Origin: a virus
Lineage: Duplodnaviria; Caudoviricetes
IMG/VR virus record: IMGVR_UViG_3300033463_000029
Coordinates: 1-64,000 of that record
Reading direction: 5' to 3' (one strand)
DNA length: 64,000 nt
Both the position numbers and the translations under genes were made by a program. Within the stretch, counting starts at the first letter, position 1, and every line of letters begins with the position of its first letter. The notes below the pieces were generated by a model that saw only the letters and a program-made list of their open reading frames with translations, did no database searches and was not told the DNA's origin. This document shows positions 1 through 10,588 of the stretch, piece after piece.

Positions 1-519
1 CTGACAAGAAATGATATAAAGAAACTGGAAGATATTAAATTGGATTGTAAGGAAAGTAAAGTTAGGGATGCATTCTTATTTGCAGTATATACAGGATTAA
101 GATTTAGTGATGTAACAACATTGAAAAATGAACACATTGTAAATGGTTGGTTGAGGAAGAAAATGATAAAGACAGAAATCAATCTTGAAATTCCATTGGA
201 GGATCTATTTGAAGGAAAGGCATTGGGGATTTTGAGCAAATATAAATCAGTAGAAGGATTCTCAAAATCAATTGGTGAAAATGGTGCAACCAATCAGATA
301 TTGAAAGTGGTAGCCCAGAAAGCAAAGTTAAGTAGAATACCAACATTCCATATGTCAAGACATACATTTGCAACCATATTATTGGAGGATGGTATTCCTA
401 TTACAACAGTTCAGAAATTACTTGGTCATACAAAGATATCAACAACAATGATATATAGTGAGATTAACGAAAAGACAATCCAAAATGACATCAAGAAGGC
501 ATTAAAGAAGAAAAAATAG
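1..519 (+). CDS. Tyrosine recombinase/integrase, C-terminal catalytic domain (5' partial)
   Basis: Motifs TGLRFSD, KT, HMSRHTFAT, LLGHT, TMIY (R-K-HxxR-H-Y). Frame is open from base 1, so the ORF-track start at 40 is internal. Confidence 0.93.
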   Translation: MTRNDIKKLEDIKLDCKESKVRDAFLFAVYTGLRFSDVTTLKNEHIVNGWLRKKMIKTEINLEIPLEDLFEGKALGILSKYKSVEGFSKSIGENGATNQILKVVAQKAKLSRIPTFHMSRHTFATILLEDGIPITTVQKLLGHTKISTTMIYSEINEKTIQNDIKKALKKKK

Positions 520-534
520 AAAAAGTTTGGAAAC

Positions 535-579
535 AACTTATTGAAAGAAAATGAATTAGAAAATGAAATTCAATAAGTT
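535..579. repeat. 11-bp perfect inverted repeat (AACTTATTGAA-N23-TTCAATAAGTT) just downstream of the recombinase
   Basis: Arms at 535-545 and 569-579; spacer contains AGAAAATGAA twice. Confidence 0.6.
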
Positions 580-659
580 ATATGGATTATGATTAAAAAT
601 TAAATGACAAAGATTTGTAGATTATTGCCATATATGCATATTGTTTGGGAAATAATTCA

Positions 660-703
660 AAAAATTTCACCTCAAAATCATCGAATTTTGAGGTGAAATT
701 TTT
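660..703. terminator. 19-bp-arm perfect hairpin between convergent genes, probable bidirectional terminator
   Basis: AAAAATTTCACCTCAAAAT-catcga-ATTTTGAGGTGAAATTTTT. Confidence 0.7.
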
Positions 704-932
704 ACTTTCTTTTATGATGTTTTTTGTGTTCTTCTTTGTATATTTGAACACCAATTGAATCATAAAAATTCTTATAAGATTCTTCAGTAAAAGGTCTGTC
801 TTCATAGTTATCTATAGAGTCAGCAGAACCCAAATCAATAGACTCACCCATAATGAAATCATCAGACTTTCTTACTATAAAGCAACCATCATTTGCATGG
901 TATAAAGTTTCATTTATCTGTTTCATAATCAA
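702..932 (-). CDS. Small protein downstream of tail-fibre-like gene (possible fibre-associated protein)
   Basis: 76-aa ORF 15 bp after the 910-aa gene, same strand. Confidence 0.55.
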   Translation of the reverse strand: MIMKQINETLYHANDGCFIVRKSDDFIMGESIDLGSADSIDNYEDRPFTEESYKNFYDSIGVQIYKEEHKKHHKRK

Positions 933-947
933 TGACTTATTTTATTA

Positions 948-3680
948 TTAAACATCAACTGTTGTTGAGTTAGCGTTTTGATATGTTGTCTTGAATGTAT
1001 CTGCCACAGTGTTGTGTGAAATAGTCTTTCTTGTACTTGTGTTATTAACACCTTGTGCAATAGTAAAATTCCTTAACATGTTTGCTGAACTTGTTGTCTG
1101 TGTGGAAGTTATAGTAATATATTGATTACCATTTTCTACAATGATATAATATATATAATCTTTATTGATTATTATGTTATTACAGTTGTTTCCAAACTGG
1201 TTATAATTACAATTGTTTCCAAAGGTGTTATTCCAGCAATCGTTTCCAAAGGTGTTGCTTCCACAGTTGTTTCCAAAGGTGTTATTCCAGCAATCGTTTC
1301 CAAACTGGTTATAATTACAATTGTTTCCAAAGGTATTGGAGTAACAATCGTTTCCAAAGGTGTTGGAGTAACAGTTGTTTCCAAAGGTGTTTGATTGAAA
1401 TGTGTTTCCAAAGGTGTTATTATATACTCCGTTTCCAAAGGTGTTATTCCAGCAATTGTTTCCAAAGGTATTGGAGTAACAATCGTTTCCAAAGGTGTTC
1501 CGATAACAATCGTTTCCAAAGGTGTTGCTTCCACAGTTGTTTCCAAAGGTATTATTCCCGCAATCGTTTCCAAAGGTGTTTGATTGAAATGTGTTTCCAA
1601 AGGTGTTATTATGGCATCCTCCTTCAAACTTATTTTTGTAGAATCCATAGAATTCACCATATTCATCTTCAATGCAACAAATGTCTGTATCTGTAACCAT
1701 ACAATTGTTTGGTAATGACATAAGTTCTAAAATAGGTTCTCTGTCGTAATCATCATAGTAATATGGTTTAAATACATTGTCATGATTTTTATAACAATAT
1801 CCTTCATCACTAAAATATGCATCTTGTTCTACTGTTACATCATGTGGTGTATCATCATTTGTATCAATCATACAGAATGTATATGTCCAATAAGGATTAC
1901 TACTATCAACAGTATATTTACCACCATTATCAGTTATACCATAAAGTCCAACCAAATCAGGAGAATTTATACAAGCAGTAATTTTATATCTCTTGAACTG
2001 TATATTCTTAAAGTCATAAGGACACTCATTATTCCATTCGTCCTTCATCCAATAGATAACACCCTTGCCGTTGGTTGCATCCGCCCAAGCATATTTTGCG
2101 GTATCATTGTCCAAATCGTACTTAAGCTCCCAAGCCTCTAAAGTAGAGCCTGAGAAATAAGTATCACCTGCGTGCCTTGCAGCTCTTGCATTTTCATTAA
2201 GAGTGTGGTCATCATCAGCAACTACGATAATGTCAAATTGATGCCCTGCTGCTTGAGTATTAGCCTGAACGGTAGTTGTATTGTAGTCAGTGATTCTATA
2301 TTGCATACCAGGAGTTAAACCCGCATTGTCACGAAGATATTTAAGGACTGACCATGTGATTTCAGTTAGACAACTAATATTATGAGTTATTTCACCCCAC
2401 TCATCGTTATCGTTTACCCAGCAATAATATGTTCCTGGAAGATTATCTCCAAATTGTTCTGACATAACGGCTGAGAAATGAATATATCCAGCATCCCAAT
2501 TCAAATCAGACACATAAAAATAAACATAACCGGACGCCCAATCAGCCTTAACGACCACCGTTTTGCCTTCGCCGAGAGCTTCGTTAATATCGTCGTATGT
2601 AGTCTGTCCGTATCGGGCAATAAACACGTCATGCTTTTCAGCAAGTTCAGCCAATGAAGCATCTATCTGGCTCTTGTTGTAGAACTTCTCGTCAATCTGG
2701 TCTTTCGTGTAGAGATAATCATTCGATGATAGATATGCGAGCTCTATACAGCCGCTTGTATTTCCCTGCGGATCCGAAAATTCAACCCAAGCCGATTCTC
2801 CTTTCTTTCTTTCAAACTCAAACGACTTGAGCTCGATTCCCAAGTCTTCTATTGAAGTTATAACAGGCTCCGCGAGTTTCAACACAATCTTGAAACTTTG
2901 CTGCTTGAGATAATTCACGCACTGTGAATAATTTGCGAACGTCTCTCCTTCTATGTTCTTGAATCCATCTATGAACACATTGACTGATGAACCTTTCTTT
3001 GACGAAAGTACGCTGTTCTTTTGTGAAACTTCACAAAGCTTGTTATCCCACTGCACGTTGTTCAATGTCATATACAGATCAGGATATACTCCCATTATCG
3101 AAGATATCCTTATTTGCAATCTGCCGTTTCCGGATGAACCACTCCAAGAGAACGTGGTGTTGCCGGAAGCATCCTTTGCAGGAAGTGAAGAGATAAAATC
3201 AGAAATCTGAAGAACCTTGCAGTGACGCTCGAATTTACTATGAATGAAATCCACTCTGTCGTATCCGTAGTAAAGAGCTGCGCTTTTTGTCTTGTCACCT
3301 CCAGTCTGATAAAGTATAACGTCATCCGCGCCATCAACAAGAGAAAGCACGTCTCCGAACGATCCTTTTACGCCGTTTGAGTCTATCACTATATAGTCGT
3401 CATCCGCGTTAAGATTTTTTGCACTCACTGAAAGTATTTCATATCGTGTATCCTTATCGTTTTCTTCTGGACCGTTTATAATGACCTTATACAAACCAGA
3501 AGAAGAGTCTAACTGTGCGTCGAAATAATTCTTTACCTTGACACACTGGACGTCTTCCTTAATTACCTGTATTGTAGAATCGAGATCCCTCCCGTTTTCA
3601 TCAACAACAGCCTTGAAGTTAGTAAACGGATATAGTGGGGATTTGTCTTTCTTTTTAAATTTCAAGATATCGTTTGCCAT
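948..3680 (-). CDS. Large virion/tail-fibre-like protein with C-terminal beta-helix-type xNTFGNxCx repeats
   Basis: 910 aa; YTKDQIDEKFYNKSQID linker, YRITDY..FDIIV..WELKYDLDND..GKGVIYWMKDEWNNECPYDFKNI block, 16 repeats; ATAAATA motif upstream. Confidence 0.65.
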   Translation of the reverse strand: MANDILKFKKKDKSPLYPFTNFKAVVDENGRDLDSTIQVIKEDVQCVKVKNYFDAQLDSSSGLYKVIINGPEENDKDTRYEILSVSAKNLNADDDYIVIDSNGVKGSFGDVLSLVDGADDVILYQTGGDKTKSAALYYGYDRVDFIHSKFERHCKVLQISDFISSLPAKDASGNTTFSWSGSSGNGRLQIRISSIMGVYPDLYMTLNNVQWDNKLCEVSQKNSVLSSKKGSSVNVFIDGFKNIEGETFANYSQCVNYLKQQSFKIVLKLAEPVITSIEDLGIELKSFEFERKKGESAWVEFSDPQGNTSGCIELAYLSSNDYLYTKDQIDEKFYNKSQIDASLAELAEKHDVFIARYGQTTYDDINEALGEGKTVVVKADWASGYVYFYVSDLNWDAGYIHFSAVMSEQFGDNLPGTYYCWVNDNDEWGEITHNISCLTEITWSVLKYLRDNAGLTPGMQYRITDYNTTTVQANTQAAGHQFDIIVVADDDHTLNENARAARHAGDTYFSGSTLEAWELKYDLDNDTAKYAWADATNGKGVIYWMKDEWNNECPYDFKNIQFKRYKITACINSPDLVGLYGITDNGGKYTVDSSNPYWTYTFCMIDTNDDTPHDVTVEQDAYFSDEGYCYKNHDNVFKPYYYDDYDREPILELMSLPNNCMVTDTDICCIEDEYGEFYGFYKNKFEGGCHNNTFGNTFQSNTFGNDCGNNTFGNNCGSNTFGNDCYRNTFGNDCYSNTFGNNCWNNTFGNGVYNNTFGNTFQSNTFGNNCYSNTFGNDCYSNTFGNNCNYNQFGNDCWNNTFGNNCGSNTFGNDCWNNTFGNNCNYNQFGNNCNNIIINKDYIYYIIVENGNQYITITSTQTTSSANMLRNFTIAQGVNNTSTRKTISHNTVADTFKTTYQNANSTTVDV
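1187..1612 (-). repeat. Intragenic tandem repeat, 16 x 27 bp (9 aa), core GTTTCCAAAGGT on + strand
   Basis: 16 FGN units in the protein; some units are exact duplicates (TFQSNTFGN x2, NCNYNQFGN x2). Confidence 0.95.
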
Positions 3681-3774
3681 ATATCTTTTATCATTGGTTT
3701 TTACGTTTTTATATTTATTCGCCGGTAATCCTTAAAAAACGAACCAACGCCGATGTTAAAATATTTCCGAAATT

Positions 3775-3810
3775 ATTTGCATATTAAAAAAATTATCCTT
3801 ACATTTGCAT
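3775..3810 (+). promoter_or_regulatory. Bacteroidota-type promoter (-33 TTTG, -7 TACATTTG) for the + strand cluster 3831-8164
   Basis: tttgc...ccttTACATTTGca upstream of ATG 3831. Confidence 0.75.
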
Positions 3811-3830
3811 CGTGATATTTTTAAGTCGAT

Positions 3831-4433
3831 ATGAAAAGAACCAATCCAAATCACGATCCGAAGCATCGTAGTATGTGGATCAAATACAACAAGATGAATA
3901 AACAGCATTTCGGAGACAATGATGTCAAGAAATACTGTGACGCCGAGTATGACGGTAAAACTTTAGAAGATGTTATAAGAAAAGCGATTCGGGAAGAAAG
4001 GGACTATTGGATGATTCCGTATCGGGACGTCGAAGCGGAAGAATATCCATGGGATTATCCGGAAGAGAAAAAGAAATACGTCCGCGAGTATTTCGAACCG
4101 GACGATTGTTGTACAATCAGGGAAGCCCTGTCCGAAGACGATTCGAAATATAGAAGCACATGGATGGCAAGAAGATATCAGCGCATCAGGGTACCATCTA
4201 TGAAAAGGACAAACAAGGAATGGGAAAACTTTTACAGAACATTCCCAAGAGTCGCGGCGGAAGTCGCTACAGGCAAGGAAAGGTTCCTTGACGGGGCAAA
4301 GCTTAAGTATATACCACTGTTCAAAAGAATTCTGGACGAAGAGTGGCCGGAAGACTTAAAAATGTGGACGGAGGAACAATACGACAGAATGACAAACAAA
4401 ACAAACGGTTATAAATCATACAAATCTCTTTAA
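3831..4433 (+). CDS. Hypothetical phage protein
   Basis: 200-aa ORF after promoter, first of a tightly packed operon. Confidence 0.7.
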   Translation: MKRTNPNHDPKHRSMWIKYNKMNKQHFGDNDVKKYCDAEYDGKTLEDVIRKAIREERDYWMIPYRDVEAEEYPWDYPEEKKKYVREYFEPDDCCTIREALSEDDSKYRSTWMARRYQRIRVPSMKRTNKEWENFYRTFPRVAAEVATGKERFLDGAKLKYIPLFKRILDEEWPEDLKMWTEEQYDRMTNKTNGYKSYKSL

Positions 4434-5341
4434 AATATGACAAAGCCAAAATTTAAGTGGATGGTCATCCACCACGTCGATAAAAGAGGAATTTATTTCG
4501 AGCCGACTGACGGAAGCGGAGATTTGTACGTCTTCTACTGGAATCCGCTGAGAGTTATCTCTACAATATTCGGAAGTCCGGATTGGGCATTGGGCTGGTT
4601 CCCGATGCTGTCAAAACATATAAAAGGAGAATGGTAAAATGAAAGAAGCAGTTATCGTGGTTATAGTTTTAATCGTTGCCGTCGTGATGAATTTCTTCAT
4701 CGGAAACGCAATCAGGAACAAGCAGGACGAGAGAGATCGACTGCTCGACAACAAGTTATGATAGAAAAGGAAGACAAAATAAAAGTTAGCTTCAGCATAA
4801 AGCTGACGAAAATCTACACGATTGAAGACATCGAAAGCTTCGTCGAACTCAGTCAATTCACACACGAGGAAAAAGACAGTATACAAAACATTCTTCGTGA
4901 AATGGTTACGATGGACATCATAGATGCCATACGCGACGGAAAGGGTACATTTAAAATAGAAGGATGATATGAAAACTTTAATCATTTGCTTATCTGTCAT
5001 TATCGGACTACTCGTTATGATTTTTGGCGCTGTTCTCAGACTCATTGTGGATTTGGACAGTGTTCTTAAAACTATAAGAGAGAAAGATGAAACTAAAAGA
5101 GTTTAAGAAAAAATTATCAAAAGAGGTTGAAAAATACCCTTGGATATACAAGGGTGAAGCTTGGATTGAAAATATCCTCAATCTCGATCCTTCGTACGAT
5201 AATATGTACGTATATGAGGAATGGTCTCCCGTCTGTGTACAGAATGGCGGAAACGCCGTTATGAGATTATCAAATTTTGCAATTATAGGAAGACCGCCTA
5301 TGAGGGAAATGAAATATGAACTAACAAATTAAAAAATAGTT

Positions 5342-5773
5342 ATGAAGAAATATTTTATTATTGCGCTGTTTATCTGTTTGTTTACGTCCTGTTACGATAT
5401 TCAGGACAAGGCTAGGTTACAGTCTGAGTGTGATACGCTTGTTAGCGAAAAGAGTGCTCTTAACAAATCAATCTCAGAATTACAGGAAGATATAAGAAAT
5501 TTAAATGCCGAGAAACGGGCTTTAACGAATGGAAGAGAACCGAGGTATATCGTGAAATTCAAAATCAAGCAGGGAACGTTCACCATAGATATCTTTGAAC
5601 ACGTCAAGAATGAAATGAATTCAATCGAGATTGAAGTTCCTGTATGTAAAGAATATTACAATAAACTTTCCATCGGTCAAGACCTAACGGACAAATTCAA
5701 ATGGGGTTCTCTTGTAATGGACGGTGACTTCAGTACGCTTCATATGAAAGTAGTAGGAAAACGAATTGAATAG
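5342..5773 (+). CDS. Putative lipoprotein with coiled coil
   Basis: Signal peptide with FTSC lipobox followed by a heptad stretch. Confidence 0.6.
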   Translation: MKKYFIIALFICLFTSCYDIQDKARLQSECDTLVSEKSALNKSISELQEDIRNLNAEKRALTNGREPRYIVKFKIKQGTFTIDIFEHVKNEMNSIEIEVPVCKEYYNKLSIGQDLTDKFKWGSLVMDGDFSTLHMKVVGKRIE

Positions 5774-5789
5774 ATTTAATCAATAAGAT

Positions 5790-6179
5790 ATGTTAGTCAA
5801 CAAAAAATCGTCAAGCACATCAAGAGTAAAGTTCATCTCTTATGACGGTGAATATCCTAATCTTTGTTCTGGGGTTCTTATCCTGGAAATTGATGGTGTC
5901 CAGTATAAGTTTGGTCATCACTATCAACATTATCATTATGATGAGAAAACAAAGGAGTGGAGACATACTGATGAGGATCCCGAACATCCAAACTTCAACA
6001 GTTTCTGGACTTCTGGTGGTTCTGTATCAGCAGATGAGGACTGGAACTGGGATGTGAGAACTGGTGAATGGGAGATCAATGTAGATGAGCTCCCAGAACA
6101 GTTCTGGGATGTGGCGCCCGAAATAGATGAGGTCTTCAATGAGAATGTACCTTATGGATGTTGTGGAGGTTGTATATAA
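5790..6179 (+). CDS. Conserved phage hypothetical protein (YDGEYPNLCSG...GCCGGCI)
   Basis: Operon position and Cys motif at the C-terminus. Confidence 0.65.
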   Translation: MLVNKKSSSTSRVKFISYDGEYPNLCSGVLILEIDGVQYKFGHHYQHYHYDEKTKEWRHTDEDPEHPNFNSFWTSGGSVSADEDWNWDVRTGEWEINVDELPEQFWDVAPEIDEVFNENVPYGCCGGCI

Positions 6180-6204
6180 AATTAAACTATAAAATATTAT
6201 TATC

Positions 6205-7194
6205 ATGAGTATGGTTCAATGGGCAGAGCAGGAATGCCGAATCGCCTGCAAAAGAGAAAATCCAGATTATAATTTTGACAGCGACGACTTTGATTATGGT
6301 TGCAGCTGTTACAAATCCGCGCTTAAAGCATACAAATCTCTCATGGAAGATTTTTACAGCGAGGCATCATGGAATTTCACAAAACGGATACTCGAAAGAC
6401 TTATGGACAACAAGCCTCTTACTCCGATAACGGATGATGACTTTTTCATAAACGGGGAAGAGGTAGCTAAATTGAATGATAGCGAATATCTTAAAGAACG
6501 CGGATTAAAATCTGATATACAGTGTCCTAGAATGCCAAGTCTTTTCCGAAAGGAATACCTTGACGGTAGAGTAGTTTATCAGGACATCAACAGAGATTAT
6601 TTCGTGGACATCGAACACCCATCTTATACATATTCAAGCAATTCAAGTTTTCTCGATGAGATGTTTCCGATTACGATGCCTTACACACCAAAGAAAGGAA
6701 AATATGCAATTTATGCCCAAACGTTTCTTTGTGACAAAAACAATGGGGATTCTGACACAACGGGAATTCTATATGTCGTTACACCAGAGGGAGAAAAGGT
6801 TGATGTCGGCATATACATGACGGAGAAAGATAAGAAAATGGTTCGGATCAGCAAAGAAGAGTATGAGGAACTTCTCTCAAAACGCATTGACAAAGTCAGT
6901 GTGAAAGCGGCAGACCATTTGATCTGGACTTTGATTTCAAACTCAGCGTCAGATAAAGAAATTGATCGCAGAGAGATGGAATGGAGAAAACTCCCCGAAG
7001 AAGAAAAAACAAAGATAAAGAACGAACTGCTTGAAAAGTGTAAGTTCTTTGATAATCCAGATAATTGGAAATATAATGTTTTCGGAATTCATCAGTCTCT
7101 GTGCACCGGAAACAAATCAAATCTTGAAGGCGTCAAAGAACTTGAAGATATTTCTGATTTCCTACAGGAAGTTTTGAAAAAAATATCAAACTAA
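6205..7194 (+). CDS. Conserved phage hypothetical protein
   Basis: 329 aa; YGCSCYKSALKAY...KPLTPI motif. Confidence 0.7.
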   Translation: MSMVQWAEQECRIACKRENPDYNFDSDDFDYGCSCYKSALKAYKSLMEDFYSEASWNFTKRILERLMDNKPLTPITDDDFFINGEEVAKLNDSEYLKERGLKSDIQCPRMPSLFRKEYLDGRVVYQDINRDYFVDIEHPSYTYSSNSSFLDEMFPITMPYTPKKGKYAIYAQTFLCDKNNGDSDTTGILYVVTPEGEKVDVGIYMTEKDKKMVRISKEEYEELLSKRIDKVSVKAADHLIWTLISNSASDKEIDRREMEWRKLPEEEKTKIKNELLEKCKFFDNPDNWKYNVFGIHQSLCTGNKSNLEGVKELEDISDFLQEVLKKISN

Positions 7195-7635
7195 TTTATT
7201 GAACATCAATGAAAAAATATAAGTTTGACTATATTAAAGAATCCGTAGAAAAATGGGCTCCAGATGTACCTAGGACATTGGAGACCATAGAATTCCTACC
7301 TTTCGGAATTCTATTGTTTCCTCCGTATATGGATCCTTATGGAGAAATCATAGAAGACCTTAACGATTGGTATAAACAAAGGCACGAATACTGTGTAAAA
7401 TTAGCAGACGAATATAAAATGAAAACAGAAGAAGAAACATTCACTGTTCCGAAATGGGTTTTAGAGGACATCGAAAATACCCTCAGGATACAAAATAACA
7501 TAAATTCTGAAAAAAAGACCGGTGAGACATGCCAAGACAGAAACGTAAGGCAGTCTCTGATGTGTGTCAGGAAAATACTGTCCGGTGAAGAACTCACGGG
7601 AGGAGAAAGGCTTGAATCTCTTAATTAAAACAGTT

Positions 7636-7851
7636 ATGGGACCGAATAAAATTTATATTCACAGAAGAGACGTATCGTTTTCGGAAACGAAGGAAGACCC
7701 AACAGACATAGAATTTATCAACAAAGATGAACTTCTAAGTCGAATAGATGATGTCATTGCTTCCACAAACAAAGATGGGATCGCATCAGGAATAGCAAGA
7801 CTGGCACTGAATCACGTAAAGAACATAATAAACAAAATGGAAAATGACTGA
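7636..7851 (+). CDS. Distant member of family D (PxKIYI...DIEF/Y.xKD.LL)
   Basis: MGPNKIYI...DIEFINKDELL resembles 18363-18617; ATG at 7636. Confidence 0.5.
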   Translation: MGPNKIYIHRRDVSFSETKEDPTDIEFINKDELLSRIDDVIASTNKDGIASGIARLALNHVKNIINKMEND

Positions 7852-8157
7852 AAGATTGCATACAATAAAATATGAACAAGGGTTCATACTGAAAACAAAA
7901 TGCCCGAACGGAATCAAATGTATGGTAGGAAGCCTCGTCTGCGAGAAATGTGCAAACTTTGTTGAAAACAATTACGATAAACAAGAAGTTTTGTGCAGAT
8001 CAATTCCACCAGAAATTAAAGAAGCCGAAAAAGCGTATCCGTGGGACGAAGGTGAAGGCGGAGATGAAGATTGGCTTAATGAAGAAAAGAAAAAAATAGA
8101 AAAGCTCAGGAAAGCTTTTATAAAAGGATGGGACGCTCATAAAGAATACATCAATAA

Positions 8158-8191
8158 AAAATAAAGACCGGGAAATCCCGGTCTTTATTTT
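8158..8191. terminator. Bidirectional intrinsic terminator
   Basis: ATAAAGACCGGGA-aa-TCCCGGTCTTTAT flanked by A/T tracts, between convergent clusters. Confidence 0.88.
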
Positions 8192-8209
8192 ATAAAGATT
8201 TTCGCTGAT

Positions 8210-8494
8210 TTAATTTACATTCAACCTGTCCAGCTCAGCTGCGACAAAAGCACCGACCTTCTTGAGATTTTCAACGTATCCTTCATCGTTGAAATGTTTA
8301 ATATCAAACGGCCAGTCTTCTATGGAGGTTGATGCAATCATACAGTTTTCATCTCCGATTGCCCTCTTCAAATATGACAACGCCCCCATAAGGAGTTCTT
8401 TGTTTTTATAACCGGCATCGTGTCCGGGAGTATAACCGTACTTTGCGATCTGTTTGTTTCTCTCTTCCTGTATAAGTTCTATTCCTGTTTTCAT
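8210..8494 (-). CDS. Conserved phage protein (ER.xQ...GY/WT..HD...WP...L.K.GA..AAELDRL family)
   Basis: Motif pattern; own promoter TATATTTG at 8518-8525. Confidence 0.65.
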   Translation of the reverse strand: MKTGIELIQEERNKQIAKYGYTPGHDAGYKNKELLMGALSYLKRAIGDENCMIASTSIEDWPFDIKHFNDEGYVENLKKVGAFVAAELDRLNVN

Positions 8495-8529
8495 GTTTTA
8501 TTATCTTTTATTCTTTACAAATATACGTA

Positions 8530-9273
8530 TTATTCTTCAAATAAAAAAGGCTTTGGCGCCAATTTTACCAATTCGCTGTGAAGTTTGTTATAAATTGGCT
8601 TATATTTGGCTTTATATTCCTCCCAAGACGCATCTTTCATATTATAGTATATGTCATTCCAGAAATCGTTAGCCTGCGAAAAATCGACGATTTTGCCGTA
8701 TTTACAAAGCTGGGCGCCGAACATAAGAATTCTGAGACAATGAAACAAAGATTTCTGACCTTTATACACATCAAGGTCTTTCTCTACGGTCATCTTCTTG
8801 TGAGCCTTAACCCAAGAGTTGCTGGCAACCTTGCAGAAGGATTCCCTAATCTTCCAGTTGTTCTTTATGAAGTATTTTGAGAATTTCTCCATTCCATACG
8901 AATGCTCACAAAACAAGCACTCGATTGACATTATGTCATAATCCTTTATTCTCTTTATGAATGTTGACTCTGACATATATTGTCTGTCAGAAACTGGATA
9001 ATCAGGATCACGGTATTCAAAAATCCCGTTTGTGTGTTTGTCAAGGTAATCTGAGTATTTGTCCGGGACAACGACGACCCTATCTTCATCAGATTTATCA
9101 GTCATTGTTCCATACACCTGAGAACCGTAACAAGAAAACGCAACGGCATCCAAATCCATATGTTCTTTTATGCACTCACGTTTACAGCAATTGTCATAAA
9201 ATATAACATACGGACAGGTGCAAGATACACCAGCCGGAAGGTTTCTATATTTACAATTCTCTATTGTGCCCAT
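8530..9273 (-). CDS. DNA polymerase beta-superfamily nucleotidyltransferase
   Basis: YGSQVYGT...SDED (GS..DxD) motif plus helical C-terminus KSLFHCLR; likely ATG at 9273. Confidence 0.75.
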   Translation of the reverse strand: MGTIENCKYRNLPAGVSCTCPYVIFYDNCCKRECIKEHMDLDAVAFSCYGSQVYGTMTDKSDEDRVVVVPDKYSDYLDKHTNGIFEYRDPDYPVSDRQYMSESTFIKRIKDYDIMSIECLFCEHSYGMEKFSKYFIKNNWKIRESFCKVASNSWVKAHKKMTVEKDLDVYKGQKSLFHCLRILMFGAQLCKYGKIVDFSQANDFWNDIYYNMKDASWEEYKAKYKPIYNKLHSELVKLAPKPFLFEE

Positions 9274-10588
9274 TATATTATGTGAAGTTTCTTTGCATAA
9301 CCGATGCATTCTTCTAGCAAATCATCAAGGTATTTGTACACCTTTGTATACTCTGCGTTAGCACCGTCACGGTCATCATCTATACACATCAATCTGTAAA
9401 AAGAATCTGACAAAAGACCAGAGAAATAAGAATTCATTATTTTGTTTTCGCTAAACTTCTTTCTATATTCCCTAATCTTCTCGGCAATTTCATTCGATGC
9501 AAGCGTAACTGGATATACAATTGTTGCCGAACTTGCACCACATTCTATTCCGTACGAGTAAAGTGTATTGTTTTCTCCAACCACGCAGAGTTCAGCGCAG
9601 TCATTAAAAACAAGATCACCGACCTTGACGTTCCCAAGGCGTTCTATAATCTTTTTGTATCTGTTTTCTAATTCCATGATATTGAAGTTTTTCCGTTAAA
9701 TTTATTATAAAGCCATTTTGCCCCAGCTATGAAAGCGTCCCGCTTCTCTTGGTTGGTTGAGTATACGCTAGAGCTGATTTCCGTTTCCATTCTAGGAAAT
9801 TCATCTTCTTCAAGAGAAACCCACTTCTTTATTTTAGAAGTTTCTATGTCCCACCCATATTCAGTCCTGTAACCATCTATGGATTTGACATAATGAAGAA
9901 TTTCGGGAGTCTTATGTCTTCCTACCGTCGCAAAAATCTTTTTTGCTGTAGGTTTATCCGTTCTCCAAATCATAATTAAACTTTTGTTTTCAGATGTTTT
10001 CTTAGTAACTTGACGATATCGTCGGCTTCTGTTTTTGTATAATTTAACGTTTCTGTTAAATAATTCATAACAGGGATTTGTCCATAACCATTATTATTAC
10101 ACAAATCATCAATAAATTTATCCAGCATACCGAAGCACAAAGAGTCTAAGGAAGATTCGCCCGAATCAATTTTATTAGATAAAAGAAAGTCTTTTAACTC
10201 AGATAAAGATTCCTTGCTGATGTTTGTAATACACTCTCCGTGCTTTGTTCTTACGCCCGTTGTGTACACCGTGCCCTCTCTATCATAAACAGATGAAATG
10301 TCATTTATGTTTATGATATAGGTTCCGGTTGGCTCTTCATACTTGTCCTCTACCTCTATCCAAGGCAAGTTTATTCTTATGTGCTTGTATTCCTTCGTGC
10401 TGTTATTTTCAAGGTTTGGATTCAAAACTCTACCCTTCATTTCCGAGATAGCCCATCTAGCTCCCCGCTCAAATCCACCTGCTCCGCACGCACACTCAAG
10501 ACATCTTCCGCCAGCTGGTATAGGAAACGCTTTGTCCTTCGCTTCCTGTATGTCTTCTTCTGTTATAAAAATATCTTCAGGTTTCATC

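Noticed and set aside
1187-1612. CRISPR array or DGR variable region
   Set aside because: Units are contiguous in-frame 27-bp coding repeats without unique spacers. No reverse transcriptase or template repeat is in the window, and the variation is not obviously adenine-specific.
1122-1696. Overlapping repeat ORFs (IVSKGV, TPLET, FQRC)
   Set aside because: Alternative-frame and antisense shadows of the 27-bp repeat.
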